Shown here one piece after another: positions 40,582-51,104 of a DNA stretch of 64,000 nt (its first letter is position 1; every line of letters begins with the position of its first letter). Location: NCBI GenBank assembly GCA_030753015.1, contig JASMDC010000005.1, positions 32,001 to 96,000 of the forward strand. Direction: 5' to 3'. Source of the DNA: Candidatus Undinarchaeales archaeon. GTDB taxonomy: Archaea > SpSt-1190 > JASMDC01. Position numbers and translations under genes: made by a program. The notes below the pieces were generated by a model that had not been told where the DNA came from, searched no databases, and saw nothing but the letters and a program-made list of their open reading frames with translations.

Positions 40582-40734
40582 TTATCTAAACAATAAGGAT
40601 AATCCGTATATGCACCCCTGCCCATGCCAGCACGTGGCACGGTTTATTTTCCTCCAGGGCCGGTCAAACCGATACTTTTAAGAAGCTGTATAGATAGGCC
40701 TCGGAAATCAAAATAATGAACGGGGGTCTCGAAA

Positions 40735-41580
40735 ATGGGCAAGATCATAAAGGCTGCAGTGATTCAGGCAAGAGCTGAGAAGGACAAAGAATATATGGTC
40801 AATAAACATATTGACCTTATACGTAAAGCTGGAGAGCAAGGCGTGCAGGTCGTATGTTTGCAGGAGCTGTTCCACGGCCCATATTTTCCCGCAGAGCAGG
40901 ATCCCAAATGGTATGATTATGCCGAGACCATCCCGGGTCCAACGGTCGAGACGATGCAGAAGTTGGCAGCCGAATACAAGATGGTCATCATCGTGCCCAT
41001 CTATGAGAAGACGATCCAGGGAGTGTATTACAACTCGGCGGCCGTGATCGATGCCGACGGAAGCCTTCTTGGTACCTATCGGAAGAACCATATCCCACAG
41101 CTGCCGGGCTTCAATGAGAAGTACTACTTCAAACCGGGGAACCTCGGGTACAAGGTCTTCGACACGGCCTACTGCAAGATCGGCGTCTACATCTGCTACG
41201 ACAGGCATTTCCCGGAGGGTGCCCGGATCCTGGGATTGAATGGTGCAGAGATAGTCTTCAACCCATCGGCGACGATCGAGGGGATATCCAAGTACCTGTG
41301 GGAGCTGGAACAGCCCGCGCACGCCGTCGCCAACGGCTACTTCATAGGCGCGATAAACAGGGTCGGTATCGAAGAGCCCTGGAAGACGGGAAAATTCTAC
41401 GGATGCAGTTACTTCTGTGACCCAAGGGGACAGATCCTAAATAAAGGCTCCGAGGACGAGGACGACATCGTCATCGCGGACCTCGACCTGGGTCTGATAC
41501 TCGAGGTCAGGAACCTCTGGCAGTTCTTCCGGGACAGAAGGCCGGAGACCTACGGAGAGATGGTCGAGCTGCTCCCATAG
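40735..41580 (+). CDS. Nitrilase-family beta-ureidopropionase (N-carbamoyl-beta-alanine amidohydrolase)
   Basis: E-K-C triad (LQEL, YRKNHIP, ICYDRHFPE), RDRRPE; pyrimidine operon context. Confidence 0.88.
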   Translation: MGKIIKAAVIQARAEKDKEYMVNKHIDLIRKAGEQGVQVVCLQELFHGPYFPAEQDPKWYDYAETIPGPTVETMQKLAAEYKMVIIVPIYEKTIQGVYYNSAAVIDADGSLLGTYRKNHIPQLPGFNEKYYFKPGNLGYKVFDTAYCKIGVYICYDRHFPEGARILGLNGAEIVFNPSATIEGISKYLWELEQPAHAVANGYFIGAINRVGIEEPWKTGKFYGCSYFCDPRGQILNKGSEDEDDIVIADLDLGLILEVRNLWQFFRDRRPETYGEMVELLP

Positions 41581-41599
41581 AGATAAGGAGGTTGATAAA

Positions 41600-42985
41600 A
41601 TGGATCTGATCATAAAGAATGGGACTATAGTCACCGAATCCGATACCTTCAAGGGGGACATCGGTATATCAGATGGCAAGATAACCGTGATTGCCGACAG
41701 TATCTCGGAGGATGCCGAACGGATCATCGATGCGTCCGGAAAGTACATCCTCCCCGGCGGGATCGATGTCCACACGCACATGGAGCTGCCGTTCTGCGGG
41801 ACCACTTCCGCGGATGATTTCTTCACGGGTTCGAAGGCCGCAGCCTTTGGAGGGGTCACGACGCTCATCGACTTCGCCATCCAGGGGAAGGGCACGACCC
41901 TCAAGGATACGATCGATGCGAGGAAGTCCCAGGCCGACCCGAAGGTGTGCATAGATTACTCACTGCATGCAGGGGTGACGGACTGGACCGAGAGGACGAA
42001 GAACGAGATCGCTGAGGTGATCAAATCCGGGATCCCCTCCTTCAAGTTCTTCATGATCTACAAGAACGAAGGCTGGATGGCTGACGACGGCACCCTCTTC
42101 GGTGCGTTGAAGGAGACGGCAAAGTACAACGGCATCGTGGGAGTGCATGCCGAGAACGCCTTCGTCATCGACCGGATAATCGAGGACTTCGTAAAGGAGG
42201 GCAAGACCGAGTGCAAGTACCATCCGTTGAGCAGGCCGAACTTCGTGGAGTCAGAGGCGATCTCGAGAGTGATCAACCTCGCTGAGGCAGCAAAAGGCAA
42301 CCTCTACATATTCCACATGTCCACGAAGGAGGGTCTCAGAGCGGTCAATATCGGCCGAAAGAGGGGGGTCCAAGTCTTTGCCGAGACCGGGCCACATTAC
42401 CTGCTCCTGAACGATGAGAAGTTCAGTAAGCCCGACGGCCATCTCTATGCCACCTGCCCACCCATCAGATCGAAGGAGGATTCCGAGGAGTTATGGAATG
42501 GCTTGACAAGGAACGAGATCCATACCCTCGCGACCGACCACTGTGCCTTCAACAGGGAACAGAAATCCATGTGGGAGGGCAATTTCACCAAGATCCCGTT
42601 CGGCATGCCCGGTATCGAGACGCTCGTCCCGATATCCTACTCGGAAGGGGTTGGGAAAGGGAGGCTCTCCCTGAGTCAGTTCGTCAATCTGATCAGCACG
42701 AGACCAGCCAAGATCTTCGGTCTCTTCCCGAGGAAGGGCGCCGTGAGGATCGGAAGTGATGCCGATCTCGTGATCTTCGATCCTGAGAAGGAGGTCACGG
42801 TCTCTGCCGAGTCGCATCACATGAACATCGACTACTCCCCGTTCGAGGGACTGAAGGTCAAGGGATGGCCCGAGATCACGATACTCAGGGGCCGGATCAT
42901 CTGCGAGAAGGGCGAGTTCAAGGGAGAACGCGGCTATGGGACGTTCATTCCCAGGAAGATCGATCCGCAGTTCCTCAAGGTCTGA
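41600..42985 (+). CDS. hydA: Dihydropyrimidinase
   Basis: PGGIDVHTH, GGVTT.IDF, SFK, VHAEN, TDHCAF, GSDAD. Confidence 0.93.
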   Translation: MDLIIKNGTIVTESDTFKGDIGISDGKITVIADSISEDAERIIDASGKYILPGGIDVHTHMELPFCGTTSADDFFTGSKAAAFGGVTTLIDFAIQGKGTTLKDTIDARKSQADPKVCIDYSLHAGVTDWTERTKNEIAEVIKSGIPSFKFFMIYKNEGWMADDGTLFGALKETAKYNGIVGVHAENAFVIDRIIEDFVKEGKTECKYHPLSRPNFVESEAISRVINLAEAAKGNLYIFHMSTKEGLRAVNIGRKRGVQVFAETGPHYLLLNDEKFSKPDGHLYATCPPIRSKEDSEELWNGLTRNEIHTLATDHCAFNREQKSMWEGNFTKIPFGMPGIETLVPISYSEGVGKGRLSLSQFVNLISTRPAKIFGLFPRKGAVRIGSDADLVIFDPEKEVTVSAESHHMNIDYSPFEGLKVKGWPEITILRGRIICEKGEFKGERGYGTFIPRKIDPQFLKV

Positions 42986-43025
42986 CCCGCATCGTTGAAC
43001 AAGAATACGAGGATGTGATGATAAG

Positions 43026-44378
43026 ATGACAACCGCTGATGACAAGGATATTACGGTCGAGGACGTCCTGAATCCCGATTCGTTCGATGTGGACGAGGTC
43101 AAGGCACTGTGCGAGAAATACATCGCGCCCTGTGTCCACTATTACTATGAGAATCCCGTTCTCATCAGCAAGGGGAACGGGGCGACTCTCTATGATTCGG
43201 ATGGAAAGGAATACATCGACCTCTTTGCCGGTGTGTGCACCATATTATCGGGGCATTGCAATCCGAAGATCACGAACGCCCTGAAAAGGCAGCTGGATCT
43301 GCTGATGCACACAACGACCCTGTACCCCACGGTCCCAATGGTCGCCTACGCGAAGAAACTTGCATCGATCGCTCCCGGGCCATTGAACAAGTGCTTCTTT
43401 GTCAACAGCGGGTCCGAGGCGAACGAAGCGGCCCTCCACCTGATCAAGATGTACAAGGGCTCGCATTTCGTCATGTCGCTGAACGGCTCCTTCCATGGCA
43501 GGACCTTGATGGCCATGAGTCTGACGAACCAGGGTGCGTGGAGACAGAATCTCCCCTATGCAACGGGCGTGCTCGGTGCCCCGCACGCAAACTGTTATCG
43601 ATGCGCGTTCGGCCAGGAATACCCCGGCTGCGATTATGAATGCGCCAGATATGCCGAAAAGATCATCCGATGTCAGACACCCAACCAGATCGCGGGCATG
43701 ATCGTGGAACCGATACAGGGGAACGGGGGGGTCATAACACCACCTCCGGAATACTTCAAGATCCTGTACGAGATCACGAAGAAGTACGATGGTGTGTTCA
43801 TAAGCGACGAGGTCCAGACCGGGTTCGGAAGAACTGGGAAGACCTGGGGGATCGAACATTGGAACGTGACCCCAGATATCATCACCATGGCCAAGGGCAT
43901 GGCCTCGGGATTCCCCATCGGAGGTTTCATTGCTCGGGACGAGATAGCTGATATCCTCAATCCGAAGGACCTGTTCTCGACCTACGGCGGGAACCCGCTC
44001 GCAATGGTCGCAGGGCTTGCCAATATCGAGGTGTTCATGGAGGAGGACTTCCCTGCGAGGGCTGCAAGATTGGGCGCCGTGTACAAGAAAGGTCTGAACG
44101 AGCTGATGGAATCCCACAGCATCATCGGCGACGTACGGGGCAAGGGCCTCATGTTGGGCTTCGAGCTCGTCAAGAGCAAGGACGACAAGACGCCGCTGAC
44201 GGAAGAGACCCCCCGATTCATGGAGATCGCAAAGGACATGGGATTGTTCATCGGAGCCGGTGGTCTGGAGGGCAACGTGGTCAGGATCAAGCCGCCATTG
44301 GTCATGACACCAGAGCAGATAGACCGGTCACTGGAGATCCTGGATTCCGCCCTGAAGAAACTGGAATCGACTCTGTAG
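43026..44378 (+). CDS. Class III aminotransferase (beta-alanine/beta-aminoisobutyrate transaminase-like)
   Basis: NSGSEANE, SFHGRT, EPIQG.GG, DEVQTGFGRTG, MAKG, STYGGNP. Confidence 0.88.
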   Translation: MTTADDKDITVEDVLNPDSFDVDEVKALCEKYIAPCVHYYYENPVLISKGNGATLYDSDGKEYIDLFAGVCTILSGHCNPKITNALKRQLDLLMHTTTLYPTVPMVAYAKKLASIAPGPLNKCFFVNSGSEANEAALHLIKMYKGSHFVMSLNGSFHGRTLMAMSLTNQGAWRQNLPYATGVLGAPHANCYRCAFGQEYPGCDYECARYAEKIIRCQTPNQIAGMIVEPIQGNGGVITPPPEYFKILYEITKKYDGVFISDEVQTGFGRTGKTWGIEHWNVTPDIITMAKGMASGFPIGGFIARDEIADILNPKDLFSTYGGNPLAMVAGLANIEVFMEEDFPARAARLGAVYKKGLNELMESHSIIGDVRGKGLMLGFELVKSKDDKTPLTEETPRFMEIAKDMGLFIGAGGLEGNVVRIKPPLVMTPEQIDRSLEILDSALKKLESTL

Positions 44379-44395
44379 CGGCGAGGTCATCCCCA

Positions 44396-44418
44396 TCCCC
44401 CCGGGTGGTCCGGGGGGA
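44396..44418. terminator. GC-rich hairpin between convergent genes
   Basis: TCCCCCCGG-GTGGT-CCGGGGGGA perfect 9-bp stem. Confidence 0.5.
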
Positions 44419-44565
44419 GGATCCTTTCCTGAGCGCAGTCAGTTTCTAGGAACACCGCTCCAGGATGTCCGCGAATCCTCGGATGATGGACACCCCCATC
44501 CCACGAGGGGATGGAGGCGAGCACGATCCTTGTGTGACGCGATCAGATCTCATACAGTCCTTCGG

Positions 44566-46017
44566 TTAGAACCAGCGCGAGATCAGGACCTTCTTGTGTG
44601 TAAAGAAGTTGATCGCATCCTTGCTCTGGCCGTGGATGTCACCGAAGAACGAATCCTTCATCCCGCAGAATGGGAAGCACGCGATCGGTGCCGCGACGCC
44701 TATGTTGACCCCGATGTTCCCGCACTCCACCTCATAGTGGAACCTGCGTGCAGTCTTCCCACTCTCGGTATAGAGGATGGCCGAATTGCCGTAACGGCTG
44801 GAATTGACCAACCCTATTGCCTGTTCAAGGTCCTTCGCTTTCCACAATGAGAGTACCGGCCCGAAGATCTCTTCCCTTCCAACGGTCATCTCCGGGGTAA
44901 CGTCTTCGAAGATACAAGGCCCGATGAAGTGTCCGTTCTCGCACCCTTCTACAGACACGTTCCGACCATCAAGGGTCAGTCTCGTGCCCTCTTCAACACC
45001 CTTTTCGATGAGGCCCAGGATGCGCTGCTTGGCCGCAGCTGTAACGACCGGACCCATGGAGACGTCTTCATCCAAACCGTTGCCGACCCGGATCTTTTTT
45101 GCCTCCTCCATGATCCTGTCACGGAGTGGTGCGTAGATGTCACCAACTCCAACGACATTACTGATCGCAAGGCAGCGCTGGCCTGTGTTGCCGTAGACCG
45201 ACTTGATTATGTTCGGGATCGCACTCTCGAGATCTGCGTCGGGCATGACGACCGCGAAGTTCTTTGCACCGGCCTGGCACTGGACACGCTTTCCATACTC
45301 CGCTGCGGTCTTGTAGATATGCCTGGCAACAGGTGTTGATGTGACAGAGGATATGCCAGCGATGTCGGGGTGTTTGATCATCGCGTCCGCAACATCCTTG
45401 TCGCCGTGCACGAGCGAGATGACACCCGGAGGGAACCCGGCCTTGTCCATCAATTGAAAGACGAGGTCCACGGACGTGGGGGTGATCTCAGATGGTTTGA
45501 TGATACAGGTGTTCCCGGTCGCGGTCGCATAGGGAATGAACCAGAACGAGATCATCGTGGGGAAATTGAATGCTGAGATGACACCAAAGACGCCAAGGGG
45601 TACCCGGGTGAATTGCTCATCGATGTTCTCATTGATATCCGTTAAGAACTCGCCCTGCATGAGCGTCGGCATGCCGGTGCCGACCTCGATGTTATCGATG
45701 GTCCTTCCCATTTCAAGGTACGCTTCTCTGTAGACCTTACCATGGTCTTTGGTAAGGCACCGGGCTAGTTCCTCGAGATGGTCGTCGACCAGGTCCTTCA
45801 GCTTGAAAAGAGGCTGGACCCTTTTCATGGCAGGTACCATTCTCCAGCTCTCGAAAGCCTTCTTCGCCGCCGCTACAGCCTCGTTAAGCTCCCCTTGTGT
45901 TGACATGGGGACCTCTGCTAGAGTCTCACCCGTTGCCGGGTTCTCAACCGGCAAGAAGTTCTCAGCCTTTGATTCGACCCATTTACCATTGATGTAGTTC
46001 TTAAGCCTCTCGACCAT
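44566..46017 (-). CDS. mmsA: CoA-acylating (methyl)malonate-semialdehyde dehydrogenase
   Basis: FNFP, KPSE, KRVQCQAGAKN, GQRCLA, EEIFGP, GMKDSFFGD.HGQ. Confidence 0.9.
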   Translation of the reverse strand: MVERLKNYINGKWVESKAENFLPVENPATGETLAEVPMSTQGELNEAVAAAKKAFESWRMVPAMKRVQPLFKLKDLVDDHLEELARCLTKDHGKVYREAYLEMGRTIDNIEVGTGMPTLMQGEFLTDINENIDEQFTRVPLGVFGVISAFNFPTMISFWFIPYATATGNTCIIKPSEITPTSVDLVFQLMDKAGFPPGVISLVHGDKDVADAMIKHPDIAGISSVTSTPVARHIYKTAAEYGKRVQCQAGAKNFAVVMPDADLESAIPNIIKSVYGNTGQRCLAISNVVGVGDIYAPLRDRIMEEAKKIRVGNGLDEDVSMGPVVTAAAKQRILGLIEKGVEEGTRLTLDGRNVSVEGCENGHFIGPCIFEDVTPEMTVGREEIFGPVLSLWKAKDLEQAIGLVNSSRYGNSAILYTESGKTARRFHYEVECGNIGVNIGVAAPIACFPFCGMKDSFFGDIHGQSKDAINFFTHKKVLISRWF

Positions 46018-46309
46018 GCATCATCACCTTTATCTTAATATTATTGGATTAAAGTATATCAGGTCCTCATTTCCCCGTCGTCCTTTCCAGCGATCCGGTA
46101 CATCCCAAATAATATAAGGTTAGTGGACCCTGCCCCGATGGTCCGGGTATCGGGCGCCGTTGGCTTGGCCCTTGCTGCCCCCACGGATCTGTGAAATGGC
46201 CAAGAACTCCCTCTAGGAGCAGAGGATGCGGACGTCCGCCCCATCCACGAAACTCAAATAAAATAGTACACACATAGCGGGCACTCTGCCCATAGGGGGG
46301 ATTCAATCC

Positions 46310-48250
46310 ATGGCAAGCGAGATCGTCTGGCGCCCAACGGGAGCGTACCTCAAGAAGAGCAACATCCGCCGTTTCATGGACAAGCATGACATCGATGATT
46401 ACGACGGACTGGTCCGAAGGAGCATCGAGGAACGGGACTGGTTCTGGAACGCCGTCGTCGAGGATGCAAACGTCGAGTGGTTCGAGCCCTACACCCGGGT
46501 CTACGACGACTCGCGGGGGATCGAGTGGGCTAGGTGGTTCGTGGACGGGAAGATCAACATCGTGCACAACGTCCTGGACCGGCACGCACTCTCAAGCCGG
46601 CGTGACAAGCTAGCCTTCATCTGGGCCAGCGAGACCGGCGAGGAGAGGATGGTGACGTACGGGGAGCTCTACGAGGACGTCAACAGGTTCGCCAATGGCC
46701 TGAGGTCCCTGGGTATCGGGCGGGGGGACCCGGTGTGCATGTACATGCCCATGGTGCCCGAGATAATCGTGGCCTTCCTGGCGATCCTCAAGATAGGTGC
46801 CATCGCCGTCCCCATCTTCTCGGCCTTCGGGCCGGAGGCGGTGAGGACGAGGCTCGAGGACGTGGACGCACGGATCGTTCTCACGGCCGATGGGTCCATC
46901 AGGCACGGTAGGACCATCGAGATCAAGGCTAAGGCCGACCAGTGCGTGGAGGGCGTGGGGACGGTCGAGAAAATCATCGTCCTCAAGCGGCTGGGCAACG
47001 ATATCCCGTGGAAAGAGGGACGTGATGTCTGGTGGGACGAGCTTGTTTCCGGCCAGCCGGAGGAGTGCCGGACCGAAGAGATGGACTCGGAAGACACTGC
47101 AATGCTGCTCTACAGCTCCGGGACCACCGGGAAGCCGAAGGGAACGGTCCACACCCACGGGGGCAGCAACGTCCAGGTGGCCAAAGAGGTCGGGTACTAC
47201 ATGGACGTGAAGGAAGGGGACGTCCTCTTCTGGGTCACGGACATCGGGTGGATGATGGGTCCCTGGCAGATCCTGGGTGCCCAGCACCATGGCGCCACCC
47301 ATTTCATCTATGAGGGAGGGATCAACCATCCTGCTCCCGACAAGCTGTGGGAGCTCGTGGAGAGGTACAGTATCACCGGTCTGGGGATCTCGCCCACGCT
47401 CGTTCGTGTCCTGATCAAGGAGGGGGACGAGTGGGTGGCTCGCCACGACCTGAGTAGCCTGAGGATGCTCGGGTCCACCGGGGAGCCGTGGGACGATTCC
47501 TCCTGGAACTGGCTGTTCGAAAAGGTGGGCAAGCGAAGGCTCCCAATCATCAACATCTCGGGCGGGACGGAACTGTTCGGCTGCCTCCTGAGCCCACTGC
47601 CAATCACCGACCTCAAGCCAAAGACGCTCCGTGGACCGGGCCTCGGCATGGACATCGATTGCCTGGACGAGAACGGCAAGTCGGTACGCGGGGGGATCGG
47701 TACCCTTGTGTGCAGGAACGTCGGCCCCTCGATGACCAGGGGGTTCTGGGGGGATCCCGAGCGGTACATAGAGACCTACTGGTCGCACTTCCCCGGGATG
47801 TGGTATCATGCCGACCTGGCCCATGTGGACGCGGACGGGTTCTGGTTCCTTCTCGGGAGGGCCGATGACCTCATGAAGATATCGGGCATGCGCGTGGGTC
47901 CCGCGGATATCGAGACCGCGCTCATAGATCACGGGACCGTCAGCGAGGCGGCGGCCTTCGGGGTACCCGACGAGACGACAGGGGAGGCGATCGTCTGCTT
48001 CGCCGTGCTCAAACCGGGGAACGAGCCCAGCGACGACCTGCGCAAGGACCTGCGGGAGCATGTGGGGGACATCCTCGGCAAGCCCTTCAGACCGAGAAGC
48101 ATCCTCTTTGTGGAGGCCCTCCCGAAGACGAGGTCGGGGAAGATCGTCCGACGTACCATCAAGAACATCTACATCGGAAGCGGTCCCGTCGGCGACGTAT
48201 CGACGCTCGAGAACCCGGAGGCACTGGACGGGATACGAAGGGCCGTTTAA
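46310..48250 (+). CDS. AMP-forming acetyl/acyl-CoA synthetase
   Basis: YSSGTTGKPKG, TDIGWMMG, STGEPW, SGGTE, LPKTRSGKIVRR. Confidence 0.9.
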   Translation: MASEIVWRPTGAYLKKSNIRRFMDKHDIDDYDGLVRRSIEERDWFWNAVVEDANVEWFEPYTRVYDDSRGIEWARWFVDGKINIVHNVLDRHALSSRRDKLAFIWASETGEERMVTYGELYEDVNRFANGLRSLGIGRGDPVCMYMPMVPEIIVAFLAILKIGAIAVPIFSAFGPEAVRTRLEDVDARIVLTADGSIRHGRTIEIKAKADQCVEGVGTVEKIIVLKRLGNDIPWKEGRDVWWDELVSGQPEECRTEEMDSEDTAMLLYSSGTTGKPKGTVHTHGGSNVQVAKEVGYYMDVKEGDVLFWVTDIGWMMGPWQILGAQHHGATHFIYEGGINHPAPDKLWELVERYSITGLGISPTLVRVLIKEGDEWVARHDLSSLRMLGSTGEPWDDSSWNWLFEKVGKRRLPIINISGGTELFGCLLSPLPITDLKPKTLRGPGLGMDIDCLDENGKSVRGGIGTLVCRNVGPSMTRGFWGDPERYIETYWSHFPGMWYHADLAHVDADGFWFLLGRADDLMKISGMRVGPADIETALIDHGTVSEAAAFGVPDETTGEAIVCFAVLKPGNEPSDDLRKDLREHVGDILGKPFRPRSILFVEALPKTRSGKIVRRTIKNIYIGSGPVGDVSTLENPEALDGIRRAV

Positions 48251-48266
48251 CGGCTCGAGGTGGGCA

Positions 48267-48785
48267 CTACTTACTGTCCGATCCTTCCTTGGACTCGATG
48301 TCGAAAAGAAGGTCCCCCACATTGACTAGGTCCCCCTCCTTGAAGTGGACCTTCTTCACCGTCCCATGAAAGGGCGCGGTCACCTTGCACTCCATCTTCA
48401 TGGCCTCGAGGATGAGCAGGTCCTGGTGTGGCTGTACACCGTCCCCCTCTCCCACGAGGACCTTCACGACCCGGCCAGGCATCTGTGCTGTGAGGTCGCC
48501 CTTTGAAGATGGGGATTGATCGATGACATGCGAGCTCTTCTCGACCCTCGTGAGCGTGAAGACCTCTCCATCGAAGGAGACGAACCGCTTGTCACCCGCA
48601 CTGGCAACGATGCACTTGTAGGACCTGGCACCATCATGGATCCGGAAGGCTCCCCCGCCAAGATCCTCGATCCTGACCTCGTGGGGTTCCCCGTCAATGG
48701 ATACCGTGAACGAGTCGTCTCCCTTCTCAACGCTAGCAACGAAGATCTTGGACCCGTACTCATAACCAACGTCTGTATAGCGCAT
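48267..48785 (-). CDS. Biotin carboxyl carrier subunit
   Basis: EAMKM biotinylation motif; GGAGG RBS before ATG 48785. Confidence 0.9.
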   Translation of the reverse strand: MRYTDVGYEYGSKIFVASVEKGDDSFTVSIDGEPHEVRIEDLGGGAFRIHDGARSYKCIVASAGDKRFVSFDGEVFTLTRVEKSSHVIDQSPSSKGDLTAQMPGRVVKVLVGEGDGVQPHQDLLILEAMKMECKVTAPFHGTVKKVHFKEGDLVNVGDLLFDIESKEGSDSK

Positions 48786-48787
48786 TG

Positions 48788-50293
48788 CTAGCTTATCCTC
48801 CATTTATCGCGGCCCTTCCACGGTGAGTAGGGATCTGCCTCGAGGAACGTTCCCTCCATCGGGACTGATCGTGCCCCCTCCAGCATATCGAATATCGATG
48901 CCGCGATGATCGCCTCCTTGGGAGGCGCCTCTCGTCCCTTCGGCCAGTCGCTGAAGTATTTTTGGATGAAGTTCGTGTCGGTCTGGCCCCGCCTGAAGGC
49001 GGCGTGGTGCGAGATCTCTTTCAGGAATGGTATGTTCGTGGTCACGCCAAGGGCCGAGTAGTTGGAGAGGGCCCACAGCATCTTGTCGATGGCCTCGTCC
49101 CGGTTCTCTGCATGGACGATGAGCTTTGCGAGCATGGGATCGTAGTGGTGGGTGATCTCGGTCCCCTTCTCGATCCCCATCTCATGTCTGATGTTACCCC
49201 CCAGGGGGATCGACAATTGGTGCAGCGTTCCCGTCGATGGCAGGAAGGACTTCTCCGGATCCTCTGCATAGATCCTGCACTCGATCGCATGCCCCCTGCT
49301 CCTAACCTCTGATTGCTGTATCGTTAGGCGCTCATCGGCAGCGATCTTGATCTGCCACTTGACGATATCGATTCCCGCTGTGGCCTCGGTGATCGCGTGC
49401 TCCACCTGAAGGCGAGTGTTCATCTCGAGGAAGTAGTAGTCCTTGCCGGACAGCATGAACTCCACGGTCCCTGCATTGGTGTATCCCACGGTCTCTGCAA
49501 CCTTGACGGCCGCCTCACCCATCCTCTCCCTCAGGTCCGAGGTAAGGGCCATGCTCGGAGTCTCCTCGATGATCTTCTGATGCCTTCGCTGGATCGAGCA
49601 TTCCCGTTCCAACAGGTGAACGGTGTGCCCGAAGTTGTCAGCCAGGATCTGGAACTCGATGTGACGTGGATCGATGATGAATTTCTCCAGCAGGAGCTTT
49701 CCGTCACCGAAGGCAGATATTGCCTCCCGGGCAGCGCTCTCTGCGGTGGAGATGAACTCCTTTCTCTCATGCACTATTCTGATGCCCTTGCCACCCCCGC
49801 CTGCGGCAGCCTTGATCATGACGGGGAAACCGATGACATCGGCCTCTTCGAGAAGTCTTTCATTGTCCTGTTCATCGCCGTGGTAGCCGGGTATCGTCGG
49901 GATCCCTGCCTTCTCCATGATCTGCTTCGAGCGGATCTTGCATCCCATGTCTCGTATGACGTCGGATCGGGGCCCGATGAACGAAAGCCCTGCGTCCTCG
50001 CATCGTTGTGCGAACTCCGGATTCTCGGACAGGAATCCATAGCCGGGGTGGATCGCTTCGGCCCCGCTCTTCTTAGCGACGTCGAGGAGCTTGTCGATGT
50101 TCATGTAGCTCTCCAGCGGTGAGGACTCGCCGAGGTGATGCGACTCGTCCGCCAGCTTCATGTGGACAGATCTCTCGTCGGCATCGGAGTAGATGGCGAT
50201 GGTATGTATCCCCATCTCCTGGCAGGCCTTTATCACCCTCGAGGCTATCGCCCCCCTGTTCGCGATGAGAATCCGCTTGAACATGTTCCTCAT
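48788..50293 (-). CDS. Biotin carboxylase subunit (MCC alpha/LiuD N-terminal part)
   Basis: LIANRG, HPGYGFLSEN, GGGGKG, ERECSIQRRHQK, EMNTRLQVEH. Confidence 0.93.
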   Translation of the reverse strand: MRNMFKRILIANRGAIASRVIKACQEMGIHTIAIYSDADERSVHMKLADESHHLGESSPLESYMNIDKLLDVAKKSGAEAIHPGYGFLSENPEFAQRCEDAGLSFIGPRSDVIRDMGCKIRSKQIMEKAGIPTIPGYHGDEQDNERLLEEADVIGFPVMIKAAAGGGGKGIRIVHERKEFISTAESAAREAISAFGDGKLLLEKFIIDPRHIEFQILADNFGHTVHLLERECSIQRRHQKIIEETPSMALTSDLRERMGEAAVKVAETVGYTNAGTVEFMLSGKDYYFLEMNTRLQVEHAITEATAGIDIVKWQIKIAADERLTIQQSEVRSRGHAIECRIYAEDPEKSFLPSTGTLHQLSIPLGGNIRHEMGIEKGTEITHHYDPMLAKLIVHAENRDEAIDKMLWALSNYSALGVTTNIPFLKEISHHAAFRRGQTDTNFIQKYFSDWPKGREAPPKEAIIAASIFDMLEGARSVPMEGTFLEADPYSPWKGRDKWRIS

Positions 50294-51093
50294 TCACCCC
50301 CGGTTTTCCAGGAGGGTTTTCTCTTCTCAAGGAACGCTTGAACACCCTCGATGCCCTCGGGCGAGGCGCGGAGTCGGGCGATCGTCTCAGCATTGATCTT
50401 TTGGAGTTCAATCTCATCATGGAGATGGAACGATCTGACTAGCTCCTTGCACTCGCTAACGGCCCTCGGGCCACTTGATTTGATCCGCTTGATATTCTTG
50501 GCCACCAGGTCGTCCAGCTCTTCGTGTTTCGCTATCCCATCCACGAGGCCAAGCTCCACTGCCTTCCCCGGTCCGAAGCGTTCGCCCGTTATGAACAAGG
50601 ACCTGGCCTTCGATGGACCTATCTTTCTGATGATGTACGGGGAGATGACCGCTGGTACGAGCCCCAGCTTCACCTCCGAGAACGCGAACACCGCCTTCTC
50701 ACTCGCGATCGCGATATCGGATGCGCCGACAAGCCCGACGCCGCCTCCGATGGCAGCTCCGTTGATCCTCGTTATCACCGGCTTGCTGCATCTGTCGATG
50801 GTTTCGAGCATCCTGGATAGTGTGAACGCGTCACGCAGGTTCTCCTCGTCCGAGTATTCCGCCATCCTCCTCATCCAGTTCAGGTCGGCTCCGGCACAGA
50901 ACGATTTGCCCCTGCCGGTGAGCACGATAACGCGGATCTTTGGGTCAGCGTCCAAGGCCTCGAAGCACTTTGTCAGCTCCAGGACAAGCTGATCGTTGAA
51001 GGCGTTGTGGACCTCCGGCCTATCGAGGGTGACGGTGGCGACACCATCATCGGACTCGACACCTATCGACTCAAGATCAAACATCTCAACCAT
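50290..51093 (-). CDS. liuC: Methylglutaconyl-CoA hydratase-like crotonase
   Basis: RPEVHNAFN, FCAGADLNWM, GGGVGL, SEVKLGLVPAVISPY; lies between MCC subunits. Confidence 0.8.
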   Translation of the reverse strand: MVEMFDLESIGVESDDGVATVTLDRPEVHNAFNDQLVLELTKCFEALDADPKIRVIVLTGRGKSFCAGADLNWMRRMAEYSDEENLRDAFTLSRMLETIDRCSKPVITRINGAAIGGGVGLVGASDIAIASEKAVFAFSEVKLGLVPAVISPYIIRKIGPSKARSLFITGERFGPGKAVELGLVDGIAKHEELDDLVAKNIKRIKSSGPRAVSECKELVRSFHLHDEIELQKINAETIARLRASPEGIEGVQAFLEKRKPSWKTGGE

Positions 51094-51104
51094 CGGAATC
51101 CCAC

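Noticed and set aside
44440-44515. Possible MITE-like repeat shared with 46210-46250
   Set aside because: Similarity is short and gapped; no terminal inverted repeats or target-site duplication could be defined
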